In this document: positions 1 through 13,242 of the stretch, piece by piece
Layout: the number at the start of each line of letters is the position of its first letter
Position numbering within the stretch: the first letter of the stretch is position 1
Notes under the pieces: model-generated
The model's input: the letters and a program-made list of their open reading frames with translations, nothing else
Databases searched by the model: none
What the model was told of the DNA's origin: nothing
DNA from: Bigelowiella natans CCMP2755
Lineage: Eukaryota > Protista > Cercozoa
Assembly: GCA_000320545.1 (NCBI GenBank)
Contig: ADNK01001791.1
Coordinates: 1-64,000, forward strand
Reading direction: 5' to 3'
Length of the DNA: 64,000 nucleotides
Translations under genes and position numbers: made by a program

Positions 1-89
1 GGTTGGGCATCATCGATTGCGTCCTGCAATAGACGTCTTGCAAATTTCACTTGTGTCATCTGTTTCTTTCTCCTTCAATCTTGCTTGAG

Positions 90-134
<45 letters not shown>

Positions 135-183
135 ATATATGCGTAGAATTGCGATTGTATATGTATATTTAACTGAACGATTG

Positions 184-226
<43 letters not shown>

Positions 227-1111
227 CCTATTTCGCATAGAATAAGGATAGAGAGCCGCCCACGTCAGGTATCATGTCTACATTCGCATCAATCTCCCCC
301 TTTGCTCTCTCTCTCTATTTCCTGTAAAGCAATCTGTGTCACCATCGCACAAAGATAACACAAGTTATACGTTATATTCTCCCCCCCCCCCCCCCCCAAG
401 CTGGAGAAAAACGGCACGCGAAAAGTTCGCTGCTCGCTTCTGAGCCTCATAGATCTCGCTGGGTTGGATGATGATGATAATGATGATAATGATGATGATG
501 ATGATGAAGAACAAGAAAAAGATGATGCGATTGAATGCTTGTGTTGCGTGTACAGCTAGCCTTTGCTCTGCTGTACCTTTCCCCCTTCCTCTCTCCGCCC
601 ACGGACAGTTGTGGTGTGTGAGTACGTTTGTGTGTGTGTGTTTGTTTTTGTGTTTGTGCGTCTGTGCGCGCGAATGTGTGTATGTTTGCGATATTTCCTC
701 TAAATCCCTCCTCTTTGCGTGTTCACCCCCCCTCCCCCTCCCCCTCCCCCTCCCTCCTCCTCCTCCTCCTCCTCCTCTTCCTCTTACTACGCAAAGGTCG
801 GAGTGTATATCGCAGCTCCCAAACGGTGTCAAGAGCCTGGAAAGGGAACTTAAGCATATAAATCGGAGCCTCCTCGGCCTGAGCAGGGTGCATGCTACTA
901 CAAGTTGCTCTGATTGGGGTGATAGATAACTGCGCGGCTCTTTTCTTACTTTCCGTAATACGCGTAAAAAAGGTCATCATGAGCTTGTCCCGTGGGAAGA
1001 CGGAGCACGTGCCGTATCGAGACTCCAAGATTACAAGAATCCTGCGCCCTGCTCTTGGAGGGTCGTTATGCGTATATAATTTATACAAAAATATACAGTG
1101 TGCTTGTCTTA

Positions 1112-1150
<39 letters not shown>

Positions 1151-2660
1151 ATCCCCGTCAAAATTTGAAGAAGATTTGCTATTTTACCACCTTGCCCGTG
1201 CCACTACTTATCTTGTTCATACGCCGCCGTGACGTGCGTGCGCGCGTGTTCTTTCCTCTGCGGCATCAGAAACTCGAAGACACTATTCGTATGCACTTTG
1301 TCGCCAACCGAGACCGATCGAGAGGTTCAGCTCCACAACTTCACTATTTTCGGCTATTTATTTTTGCTTTCCTGCGACCAACGAAACGACGCAATTTCAG
1401 GGTACAAAACCTTGAAAATCCGAGCGAGAAACAGCGATGTTTCTTGTCCTGCGATTGGTCCGGCCATGTGCCGTGCAGTATGTGGCAAGAGCCATCATTG
1501 CGTTCAGTAGAATCAGAGTTTCTTGAAGAATAGCAAACCGTTGGTAGACACGCACTGTGGCGCCGCTCTGAACGCTTTTCTTATCCTTCCAATCACGCCA
1601 TTCCCGTGGGACCAACAGGTGTCGAGAAACTCTCTGAGGTTTGGGTCTTTTGCGCAACGAGTCACAAATCGCATCAGCATGAACGAGCGATTGGATGAGA
1701 AGGTGGGACTTTTGGGGAGGAAGGGCGGTGTGTGTGGGGGGGGCGGCGGGGGGGGGGGACTGCCATGAGCCCAACGGGATCCATATAAAAGGAAACTTGT
1801 TGTTTTGCGTCTTCTATGCACTATCAAACCGGGTCGTCTGGGGAACGCCTAACACCTGTTTCACGTATGCACGAGAGAAACCAAGAAAAGGGATTTGAAG
1901 TTTCCAAAAGCCCCGTTTCGATATGATTTCGATTCCAACTCAAATCGCGTATTCGCCATCTGCTCAGGACCTGATTAGAAAGTACAAGGGGCTCATTGTT
2001 AACATGAAGAGGAAAATCCAGAAGTTTGCGACCTCGTAAGGCCGATTTGAGAGGATTACCGTGAGCACGCGCGCACTGTGCCGCATCTTTTACGCTTTAG
2101 TGGGAAAGCAGTGTGCGGTGATACATATACAGCCCCCAATGATAGGAGCTGGTTCTTTCTTCGTCCATAGTTGTTTCGAGCATTACACAACATATGTATT
2201 AGTAACGTACTGCTGTCGCAGGATAAAGGTCAGTAAGAAAACCGAGGCGGAGAACTCGCAGCTAAGGCGGCGGAACAAGGTAGAGCCTCTTGCTGACCCC
2301 GAATGCAAATGATTGTTTGGGACTTCGCTTTCATCCCCCCCCCCTCCCCCCCCTCCTCTCTCTCTAACTCTCTTTCTCTCCATGCGAGACGCAATCGTGG
2401 GCACTCATTGTGTTCGTTCACGATTCTCATTTCTTACGAATTCCTCCTTGTACTTCGCAAAGGACATGCTCGAGAAGCTGGAGGTGCATAAGAAGAAGCA
2501 GCAGGAACTAGAGGTCCACGAAACCTATCACGATTGAGACTTTTTCCATTATTAATGGGGGTGATAGTGGGTGCTCCGGCGCTACGATTGATGGCCCCTC
2601 GGATAACACTCGCTCATTCTTGATTTTCTAGGTTTCCTTTGGTGTCGTAACTCTTCTTTA

Positions 2661-2700
<40 letters not shown>

Positions 2701-3086
2701 TACATTACATTAGCGGCGCATCGATTTGCTTCGGAAAATCATCACCCAGGCTCAGATTATGCAGGTATTGCTTGGCTTCTAAGGGGGGAGGGGGGGGAGG
2801 ATGGATTTGGCATGATACGAAAGTAACGATGATGGTCGGCTGTGTATTGCATTATGTACATCGTGCACGCTAGCACGTGTGCCTTCGTGTTAATTTGACG
2901 TGACATTTTCCTATCGTCTGCGACGAAGCTTACACACCACAAATTCCGTCAGGTTGGTGAGGGGGATGACACCTCCTCGCCTGGAACTCCCAAGAGTGAG
3001 GACAGGCGAACACTCAGCTTAAGTCCGCAGAGTACAGTCACATCTCCTAAGAATATATCCGCAGGTTTTTTGTCCCATCACAAGAA

Positions 3087-3117
<31 letters not shown>

Positions 3118-3760
3118 ATAAATATAAAGTGAGCGCGGAGGAGGGGGGGCGGGGGGATTACGTGGGAAGATATGCCATGGCGACTACCTGCTAGCTAGAG
3201 TATCTATGTGGTGGTAGCAGCGGTCATGACTGTTCCTATTTGTAGTAATAATAATAATAGCAATAATAATAAAAATAATAACAATAATAATAAAAATAAT
3301 AACAATAATGATAATCAGGAGCTTTGGGGATGGATGAAGAGGATATTCAGGTAGTAGTTATTGTCCACATTGCATCATCATGGTCGCTGCCACCCTCACA
3401 CAACGCATTAACAGCTGAAGGAAGAAGCCGCACTTTCTTCCCGACTTACATTAACTCTATTCATAATCTGTATATATCACATTTACAATGATCACACATA
3501 GGTTGTGCGGATGGACCTTCGTACGATGCAATCGCCAGAGTAAGACTTCAACAGCACGTGCTAAGACGGATGATGATAGGATAATGTCTTACCTCCCCCT
3601 TCCCCCCCCCCTCCTATTCTTTACAGACTTGGCACAACAGCGACTACAACCACGTCATCGTCGTCCTCAATAGCCAATGAAGACACGAATTCGGAGCTTA
3701 GCTTTAGCTCTTCAAATTTCACGTATCGAGGTAAGATCGCGTCCTTGTTCAGGCCAATTG

Positions 3761-3804
<44 letters not shown>

Positions 3805-3963
3805 TTCTTATATTTGTATGTATTGCATGCTATGTGGGAGAACACTACCTCCATTCTGACGTGCGTAAGGGAGATGATAACACACACTTTGCGTGATATT
3901 TGATATTTCTCCATTTGGGCAGATGCCGTCGAGATAAAGTCCCCTCCGGTTCTACAAACACAC

Positions 3964-4003
<40 letters not shown>

Positions 4004-4378
4004 ACATACACACACATATACACTGGTTGCCTTGGTGGTCACGAAGTAATAACGGAGTCATACCACCTTATTGAGAGCAGCCTTTTTTTTCTCGAGGATG
4101 TCAAAAACCGCAACGGCTTTTGTGTGATGGAACAACGATCCCTACACGAATTCTTTCTTTATTTCTCTCGCCATATATCTTATCCTGCAGAGAGTTGTGG
4201 TTTATAATGTGGGTACTTGCTGCAACCTCAGAGACGTCCGAGCCCCAGGGCAGCACAGGCTATTTCCTTTGCCTCGCAGCTCGTTGAGCCCCGGAGGGGC
4301 CAAAAGAGCGATGGTAGTAGTAGTAGTAATAGTTATAGTATTAATAGAGAATGATAGAATGGAAAGAAGGAGAGTGTG

Positions 4379-4427
<49 letters not shown>

Positions 4428-4581
4428 GGGGGGCACAATAGAGACACACCAATACTAACAGCTATTACTACTGTTGCTGCTGCTACTGATTCAACAATTA
4501 TTCGCACAACACATTGCAATTAGTACGACAGCTACTACCACTGCTATTTCCTATACACAACCGCACACGTGTGATAAAAAT

Positions 4582-4620
<39 letters not shown>

Positions 4621-4987
4621 TCTCCAATTCAATATCCAGGCGACGTTGTCAGGAGAAGAAGCTCCAAAAGTAGTAGCTTCAGCGCTTTCAAGGGCGTTGT
4701 CCCGTCGCTGCGTATACAAACGGGTGAATCATCTCCCAGAAGCAACCAGGAGGACGATCGAGTGAGCGAGTTGATGAAGGCTCTGAGGGTATGATTTATC
4801 GATCATTTAAAGACGCGTATTGTCTCTGATGCGTCGTACGTGTAGGTACTACGAGAGGAGAATTCCGGACTAAAAACCGTCACAACGGAGGTTGGCCAAC
4901 CCCACATCCCTCCCCCCTTCCTATGAAATTTGGATTGTAGAGAAGCCTTCTGCCCGACTGTGCTTTTTTTAATGCTATAGCTATGGG

Positions 4988-5023
<36 letters not shown>

Positions 5024-6261
5024 GAGTCATTGTTTTTTATATTAAGATTGGAAAGGCCATGGCGCTTCGGGAGGGGGAAAAGGCGGCAGCGGGGGGGGGC
5101 CACAGAGAAAAGGGGGGGGGGGGGGGGGGGGGTGCTTGAGTAGCCGTAGTAGGAAAATCTGAATCGAGGGAAAATATGGAATTATTGTCTGTTTCGTCGG
5201 CCTCACTGTTGATGTCCCGACATTCTACTTCCATTAATACTCTCTCGATGATGATATTGCCATTGCATGTTATCCTCCGCATGTAAAATCCAAAAAAAAA
5301 AAAAGATATCACATTAGTTTGTGCTTCTGGTAGGAAATGAGCGCAGAGAAACGGGTCCAAGCCCAGAGGCTCGTGGCCCTTAGAAACGGCACTCACCTCC
5401 ATATTCAGGCAGCTTCGGCAGCCACCGAGGTCACTGGAAATGGAGGGGGGGGGGCAGATGGGTGGGGGGAGGTGGAGGCTGTTCGAATGTGGCTTGCAGA
5501 TAACAAGATTCAATGGACGGTTACGCGTGCAAGCTCATCGGCAGCAGCTGCGGCTGGAAAGAGTGATCAGAAGGGCGAGGGGATCAATAATGCTGCTTGC
5601 GGCGAGAACAGTAACAGCAACGAAGAGAGCAAACGATTCTGCAAGGTGGTGTCATCTCTGACGATGTGCAAGCTTCGTCTGCTATGCGTGGCATGAACGT
5701 GTCGTTCGTTGGTGTTTTCCCAATCCCAGCCCGAAAACAGAAGGAGCAGAGATTGCCTCCCCGTGTTTTGCAAATGTCGTTATCATCATCAGCAGCAGCA
5801 TTTTCTTCATCGTAACAATCATCCATCACCATCGATACATTGCCATTATGATTCTCTAGTTGTCGGATGTACGGAAGCTTATCATTCCAGGCAAAGACAA
5901 GGAAGGTCTCGTCCCGTAACAAAGATAGCAACATCTATCAATTTTTCGCTGCTTTTCAGCGCTAATGCCATATATACCCTCCCCCTCCCTCCAGATTCTC
6001 ACACAATACAATAAAACCCCACAGGGACGGAAAAAGAGGGAGAAGTAGCGGAGGACGCCCCCAGCCATACGTTCATTTTAGCCACAAAGAACGATCTCAA
6101 GATCAAGGTTAGAGGGTTCAGTCAAAAACAAAAACTACAATAAGAATGATTGTATCGGGCCATTTCCATCTTTCAATCGCCGAAAGCGAGCACCTATGCA
6201 AAATACACATTTTTTACGTCATCGTCGTTGTCGTTGTCGTTGTCGTTGTCTTCATCGCATT

Positions 6262-6298
<37 letters not shown>

Positions 6299-6513
6299 GG
6301 ATGATGAGAGTTTCGTCACTGAGCTTTTCCCCCGTCTCGATTCGTTTTTCGATGCGATTTTTTTTTTAAACTATGTTGCGCCACGGCATGTAGGTGATTG
6401 CTCCTACGTCGGAAATATATCACCTTTGGGTCCTTGGAATCCCCCCCTTACTGACGGTGGAGACTATCAAATCGAAGAACGCAAATGGTGCCAACAGCAG
6501 CAGCCTGGGTTGA
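1..6513 (+). CDS. Kinesin motor protein (multi-exon, 5' end outside window) with coiled-coil stalk and C-terminal PH-like domain
   Basis: Spliced exons give LSLIDLAG|SE (~440-800), HINRSLLGLSR|VIMSLSRGKTEHVPYRDSKITRILRPALGG (~860-1060) and SLRFGSFAQRVTN (~1630), which are kinesin switch II and C-terminal motor motifs. Coiled-coil exons follow. The last exon VIAPTSEIYHLWVLGI... ends at TGA 6511-6513. Confidence 0.85.
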
Positions 6514-7008
6514 CCCTAATCCCCCTTTGGTCGAGAAGATCACTGCGGCCTCTGATAGGCCTTCGTAGTTCAACGTTGGAAGCTTACGCTCTATAGAACA
6601 TGTAAGAACACATTGTTCAGCAAAGAAATAAATGTATGGCCACAGGCGTGCCGGCATAGCTCCTTAAGTAAGTTTATTCGCTGTGTCGCATCGACGACCC
6701 AGCGAGGAGAATATTTCAATTTTACATCATCAGCAACTTCAAATGTCAAGTCGCAGCAGCCCCTGCATTAAGAACATCTTGTTACTTTGTAAGTCGTGCA
6801 TGCACGCGACCAACCAACATCTGCGGCTGCATTGCTGCCACGCCTGCGTCGAGCCCACAAACACTGTGATCTAATCTGCTTGTGTGTTAGAAACAGCCTA
6901 ACAACAGCGAAACATCTGGTGGTGCCAGGCTCACACATGTACAGCGATTGATAGCAAGACTACAAGACTACTAGCTCTCATGCACATGAACCAACAACTC
7001 GCTGTGCT

Positions 7009-8052
7009 GTGTGCATGGAGTCGCGCGCGCTTTGTTGCATCGCACGTGTGCCGCCGTTAACGACATGTATGCACGTAGATGCAAGTAAAATAATTGTCTC
7101 CGCCCCAATACATGTTTTGAACGTACGCGTTGCAATGGGCAACGAGACACACAATGGACTGTGCAATGCAACATGCACTGCATGCACACACGTCCCCCAC
7201 GTCCTCACTGGCACTTTGCCACCCCGATGTCAAACCAAAGTGCAGTGTGCTAAATCATGGTTACGCACTAATGCATGGATCGACACAGGCAGCGGTCCTC
7301 AAATCCATGAGGGAACAAATGATTGGAGCAGTTGTGGCTTCATCATTGAAAATCGAAAAGTGCCAGATGGCACATCGTGGATTGATGTGTCCACAAATAC
7401 GTGGAACAAAGTGTCCTTGTTTCGTCGGCTCAAATCGATCACTGACGATTTGTTAGATGACGAATTGCCCACCGTTTTGGCGACAACAGAGGCGCTGAAA
7501 AAAGAACTAAAAAAACATCACAAGGTGATGAAATCCTGTGCTTTCAACGAATTCGAAGAGGAATGGTCCAATGATTCATTGCGAGCTGTGCATCTCAAGA
7601 ATCTTGGACACCTTCCGTCATCTTCGATCACCGGCATCAAACTAAAACTTCCAAGTGTTGCTACATCATGGATGCGCGCCATCTGTGGTGTCGGCAATCT
7701 TGGAAAATTCATGTTCTCACGTGGACAATGCACAGAGAAAGATGCCACGTGCGATGCATGTGGCATCCTGAAGGACATGGATCATCTCCTGCAATGTCCA
7801 ACACACAGTCGAGAACAAATCAGATTGCGCAATCAAATGAGCGCGATCATGAATCGCAACGACGACACGAACCGGCTGACAAAGGCTGAAAAGGACTCCA
7901 GAACTGCTGCGCGCAGTGCGCGGCAACATCGGTCGCATGAGGACGCTTTCAAATGCATGAAGCACGTGGTGGCAGAAACCAACAGATGCAACATTGGCGC
8001 TGTAGCCGCTGCATTGCACAGCTACATCAGGATGACCCTTGAAAAAATTTAA
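7009..8052 (+). mobile_element. 3' fragment of a non-LTR retrotransposon (LINE ORF2 C-terminus), hypermutated
   Basis: Intronless 347-aa ORF containing CDACGILKDMDHLLQCPTH, a CCHC knuckle typical of LINE ORF2 C-termini. No RT motifs are present. It is followed by a duplicated 3' segment and a decayed (TA)n tail. Confidence 0.65.
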
Positions 8053-8071
8053 TTCTTCATTACATCCGTCT

Positions 8072-8121
8072 CATGTGTGCACACATGTGTACATGTGTGC
8101 ATGTACACACACATGTGTATG
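8072..8121. repeat. Decayed (TA)n microsatellite
   Basis: 25 in-phase dinucleotides: 12 TG, 10 CA, 3 TA, 0 CG. Confidence 0.75.
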
Positions 8122-8405
8122 TCACATTGTAGCGCTGTAGCCGCTGCATTGCACAGCTACATTTAAGGATGACTATTGAGCAAATTTTATTGATTAATTG
8201 CATCCATCTTACACATTTCATACTAATGTGTCTACAATCGTTTGTTTCAGAAACGACTTGCTAACCTTTTCCATGCTCTATCTGAGAATGTAACATACTG
8301 CTACACAGACGCGTTTGCATACACGCATCTAGATATTGTATCACCGCTTATTGTCGTACACGAGCGCTTAGCCGGTCAAGAATCTGTGCAAAACGTAGAC
8401 TTAAT

Positions 8406-9017
8406 TCACACTGGAAAGCCGCTTTTTTCCTTCGAGTCCACCACCTCCTCGCCGCTCTCTTCCTGGATAGCGTATGGATTACCCATTTCCGCGAGCGTAT
8501 TCTCAAGGAAGTCCCTTACGAGATTCGAGCCGGGGTTGAAGGCGTCTCCTTCATCGAATGAGAGATTGCGGTTATCCAGGGCTATTCTCTTCAGAAAGTC
8601 CATAGTGCTTGGCGCACTCGTCCCTTCAAAACGGTGTTTGTTTTGCTGTTTCATGTGCTCTGAATAGGCATCCGCGTCCGATGGAGATTTGAGCAGCTTC
8701 TCCTTGAGGTTCTTGGAGTCTTTGCTGCCAAGCTTCGAGTAAGGAGTTCCGTCTTCTCGCATGCGCAACATCTCTGACTCCTTCCTATTTGACTTCTCAT
8801 CAAGATTTTCTCCTGCTTTTGCCTCGGCCTTGACATTCTTTTTCTTCCTCCTCTTCTTAGGGAAAAGAACAACCATGAGCAGACCAGAAAGGTTGGCGCA
8901 GGGCAGCTCGACACACAGATGCAATACGAATGCCCCGAGCATTGTTCCCCCCAAGGCGAAAATGAATCGAGACGCGTATGCAATGATGCTCCACTCGAGA
9001 GGGGTCACCCTGGTATC

Positions 9018-9093
<76 letters not shown>

Positions 9094-9199
9094 GTGTGTG
9101 TGTATGTGTGTGTGTGTGTGTGTGCATAATACATACTAATACGTTCTACGCGTCTCATTTAAGGAACCTTATCAACAACACAAATCTTGTTTATACTTA

Positions 9200-9240
<41 letters not shown>

Positions 9241-9877
9241 AATATCGCAACCACCTGTTATAGTAGAGAAGCGATAGGACCGTCGGGTGAGCCAGATACA
9301 TCCCAAAGGTCAGCTTGGAGAGGTACCTTGAGATCGGTACAGGAGAACGAGTAGGAGAAGATGCAAATAGCAAAAAATAGAGGATATGAGCAAAGATTCA
9401 AGTTCCAAGAGCGCGACAAGTACCTAAAAGGGAGGATTGAGAGGAAGTCGTTGATCAACCCGCCCTCCCCCTCGAAGCAGAGGAATAGCATCATAGCAAC
9501 ACCAATACTCCACGCAGGCTTGGAGAGCGCAATGTAGGCTGCCTCGTCATCGTTGGACCATTGCTTATCCGTTTGATAAGCGCCATGGCATCCATAGACT
9601 GTACCGAAGAAAATGCCGCAAATGACAAACACGAGACCGGTCACGATCGCTGTCTTGTACTGCTCCGGGATTTTCCATTTATTCCTATTCCAGTCCAAGT
9701 AGAACATCCCGAATATCACCTACATATTTATAGCACGTACAGTCTGTCAGGTCACCCGCTCAAGAAGAGCTCTTAAGCAGCGCTTACGCCTTTAAGAAGA
9801 TAATGGACAAAAGAGCTCTCCTGCCACACCTCTGCGACACACGCGTATCCCCATCCCATCGTGCGCCCACACGTATA

Positions 9878-9941
<64 letters not shown>

Positions 9942-10337
9942 TACAACAACATAAACATCGAACAAAAACACGAAACACCCCACCCCGATGTAGTACGCAG
10001 GACAGCGCGTCCAAGGAGGACCATAGTAATCCGCTTGATAGTCAGAGACGAGGTACGTCTGAAAACGCCATTCATACTTCTTCGCCGCCCACCAGGAATA
10101 GGCAATGCTTGCAACGGAGAGAGCGGCAGGAAGCAAGTAACCGGCGCTCTTTCTCCACAGGTACGCTGCAAGGATGAAAGGCATTGTGTAGAAAAACATC
10201 ATATCATCCGCCAGATACCAAGTGACCCCGTAGCAGCCTCCAACGTCTCTGTTCGTGAATACTGTTTGAATGTAGAGGAGATTGTACCACCAGTTATCGT
10301 GGCAAGCGTCCACCACCTCTTGCATACTGAAGGTACC

Positions 10338-10383
<46 letters not shown>

Positions 10384-12223
10384 AAAGGAGAGATTAGAAA
10401 GAGGAATATGAGGGAGACAAAGCGAGAGAGAGAGCGCGCGAGAGAGGGAGGGGAAGGGGGGGGGGCATGTACATTATCTCTGCATTTATTTCGAGAGGTT
10501 TTCGAAAGTTGCAAAGAAAATCTTATCTCTGGATAATGAAATAGTTAGGGCTTAAAGATCGAGCAAAATCCATATAACAGCATCAGCTGAAGGAGTGTAA
10601 CTTGATGGGTCGGGCGTTATATTTACCTGAAGTCCGTCTTGTGCATAGTCAGCGGGATGAGTTCCACATAGAACCAAACGACAAACATATAGAGCGGCGT
10701 GATACGAAGAAAGCGATGGAGAATGAGGACAGGAGCTTGCTGAATCGTTTTTATCGGCTTCGAGCCTTTGAGCTTTCTTAGCGTGATGTAGGAGGCTAGA
10801 AAGCCGCTCATCATGAAGAAGGAGTCAACTGAGAATTCGGCGGACTGGAACACCTGCCCAGTCCATGTGGACTGTACGGCATCTTTCACGTTGCTCCCCG
10901 GGAACGGAACGAGTTCTCCGAGATCCTGGTAGCCAGGACCCCAGGTATCGATGGTCTGCCCCGGCCCCCAATTTCGGTAAACTGGCCATACGGCCGTGTG
11001 CCCGAGCACCACCCATGCCATGGAGAACGACCGCACGCCGTCCATGGAGTCGGTGTTGAGGCCTGTGCGCAGCTGCAGGAAGCTCTGCAGCGTGCCGATC
11101 ACCGAAAAGGAGAGAATTAACTTCTCCTTCATGGAAGAGTTCCTTACGGCTTTCCTGCCGCTCTCCCCCTCGTCGTTCAGCTCGTCGTAGTCCTTGTCGC
11201 GATAGTTTACATAGTAGTCGTAGCAAGTCCCGAAGATGAGAGCAGCCCCGAGGAGCGAGCAGATCGTGATCATGATAATAGCACCGGTACCGATTTTCTT
11301 CTGCACAAGTCCACATCTCGTCTCAGGAGAGGTTGTGTTCATTGAATGCAAGGCTTCGGGAGGGAGAATGTTGGCGAAGATGTAGGCCTCGAGGAAGCTA
11401 TCAACAGGGGAAGAGGTTGCATAGAATAAAGGCGTCAGTGTTGGAATTTGATGCATGTAAATGCACAAGCGCACCCGTGCAAGGCAATTAAAAAACACTA
11501 TTGAACATGAATTGCATTGCATTACACGTATATATGATCTTTGAACAACATGCAGGCATTATGATGAGCACGGATGGTGTGGAAGTGTTCAGGAGTGTGT
11601 TTCGCATATCCTCTCTGTGAACGGTCTGAATCACCTGTTGAGCTGGTTAACGTCGCTACTTTTGCACGACTGCGGAATGCACCATGCAAAAGGTCCTGCC
11701 GAGATACCACCGAACCCACCACCTGGAAGCTGCGTCTTTGAGATGCAGAATTCGCGGTCAGGATCGTTTCTACATGCTGGGAAGTTGCCGAAGTCTTTCG
11801 AGAACTGACTTTGGAGCCAATCGTGGTCATGGCCGGTTTCAAGAAATTCTGTGATGGCATGAGCGGTAATGGCGTAGCCTCTCACAGCATCTCCAGATGA
11901 GTAACCGGCCTTGAGCCCCTCCAGCGTATCTGCACCGAAAAACTCGCAGTAATCTTGAGCGCAGTTGCTGTTGATCCCGGCGGTAGTCTCAAGGCAGAAT
12001 CCCTCACATGCAACCTGGCTGTAGTTGGAGAGCTGGGCAAGGGACTCAACTTGTGAACACAAAACACCGCAAATGTTGTTCTGCGGAGTTTGGGAGCAAC
12101 TAGTTGCAGACGACTGGGAAAAGAATGCCAGGCCTACGACATCATTACTTCAGGGAAATATTGCTTAGGATACTTGAGGAAATTACCCAGAAGAAAGGCT
12201 GTGGAGAAGTGTGCTCTGAGCAT
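8406..12223 (-). CDS. NRF-6-like O-acyltransferase (Acyl_transf_3 family), multi-exon membrane protein with signal peptide and Cys-rich N-terminus
   Basis: Motifs MDGVRSFSMAWVVLGHT, FSVDSFFMMSGFL, HRFLRITPLY, TWYLADDMMFF, YYGPPWTRCPAYYIG, GGLINDFLS. The spliced N-terminus MLRAHFSTAFLL|GLAFFSQSSA is a signal peptide. Confidence 0.9.
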
Positions 12224-12991
12224 CAGTCTTCACGGAAAGACCACACCAGGATTCTGTGACAAGCGATCACATTTATTCTGTGAATAACGATGAAATATCT
12301 GCCTACACAGACACACGCATATTGGGTAATCCCAGACAAAATCATTGTTTATGCGCCTACTGATATCAATTTGACTAGTGATGAGGAAGATATCTAAATG
12401 AACTTCTATAGCCATACTTCGAGATAAACGGGGCAATCGAACACGGGGAGAATGATCAAGCGTTATTTGGGGAGGAGCAGAAGGAGGTGTCAAGACAGCT
12501 TTCTGATCTATGGGAAATGTTGAGAAATAGCCTGTATTTCCGTCTAGTTTCTCAGAACAATACATGTAAGAGCAATGAATGCGCACAGTTTTAGATCCCA
12601 ACCCTTAATATTAGAAACCAAAAGAAATGCAGTTTCAGCCTATGTCATGCCGTGATCATTGTCGCTCATCAAAGTTCACACATGTTTGTTCTGGCGAAAC
12701 CGTAACGAGTTCGTCCGCATGCACAGCAGTACAAATTGGATTGAGGCGCTTTGAATCGTGCGACACCGAATGAGATAGGTACTCGTAGTAGATGTTTAGT
12801 AGTGGCCAATGGCCAAGTCGCAGGACAAAGATCTCCTACATCATTGTATTGTCATCGCGCCGTTCTGTTTCGGAACATTCCTAGCAATTTATTTCTCCTC
12901 CTGCTCATCACCGAGCCGGACTCTAAAACTCAATCGCCGGTGAAGGCGCTCAAAACATACTAAATGGGGAATGCAGACTCCCGCATGTTTC

Positions 12992-13076
12992 GATCTCCAT
13001 TCGGTAAATGGGCCTGGTTCAATAGTAGTAAGAGCTTCTGAAACCAGGCTGTGAGGTTCGACTCCTCACGGGATCA
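12992..13076 (+). ncRNA. tRNA-like cloverleaf (not a canonical tRNA)
   Basis: Acceptor-like GATCTC/GGGATC plus A. D-like hairpin CCATT-CGGTA-AATGG. Stem GCCTGGTT/AACCAGGC with a long loop. T arm GTGAGG-TTCGACT-CCTCAC containing a B-box (GGTTCGACTCC). Confidence 0.55.
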
Positions 13077-13077
13077 C

Positions 13078-13242
13078 GGGGAGGTAGACTCGATGGTCAT
13101 GACGGTGCACTTTCGATTCCCTACCTCCCACAAGGCCTGAAGGAGGCCCACTAGTTGGGTCTTAGAAGGTTTCGACCGCTTCCTTTAGGTGGCTACTGGT
13201 GTGTGATGAGGGGCCAGTTGAAGCTAAGGGCTTTTTAAGCCC
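13078..13242 (+). ncRNA. Second degenerate tRNA-like unit plus consecutive hairpins (structured leader)
   Basis: GGGAGGTAG/CTACCTCCC stem enclosing A-box-like TAGACTCGATGG and TTCGATTCC. Further hairpins: GGCCT/AGGCC (13134-13148), CACTAGT/ACTGGTG (13149-13201, with inner GGT-TTCG-ACC) and GGGCTT/AAGCCC (13228-13242). Confidence 0.45.

Noticed and set aside
12992-13076. Functional tRNA-Sec (TCA) or tRNA-Leu (CAA) with an intron
   Set aside because: No long variable arm, a 6-bp acceptor, no standard A-box, and no intron removal gives a canonical 7-nt anticodon loop.
13115-13242. HDV-like or hammerhead ribozyme in the structured leader
   Set aside because: Partial look-alikes (CCTCCCACAAGGC, GCTAA, TGATGAG) exist, but I could not find a P1 partner or a complete CTGANGA/GAAA core.
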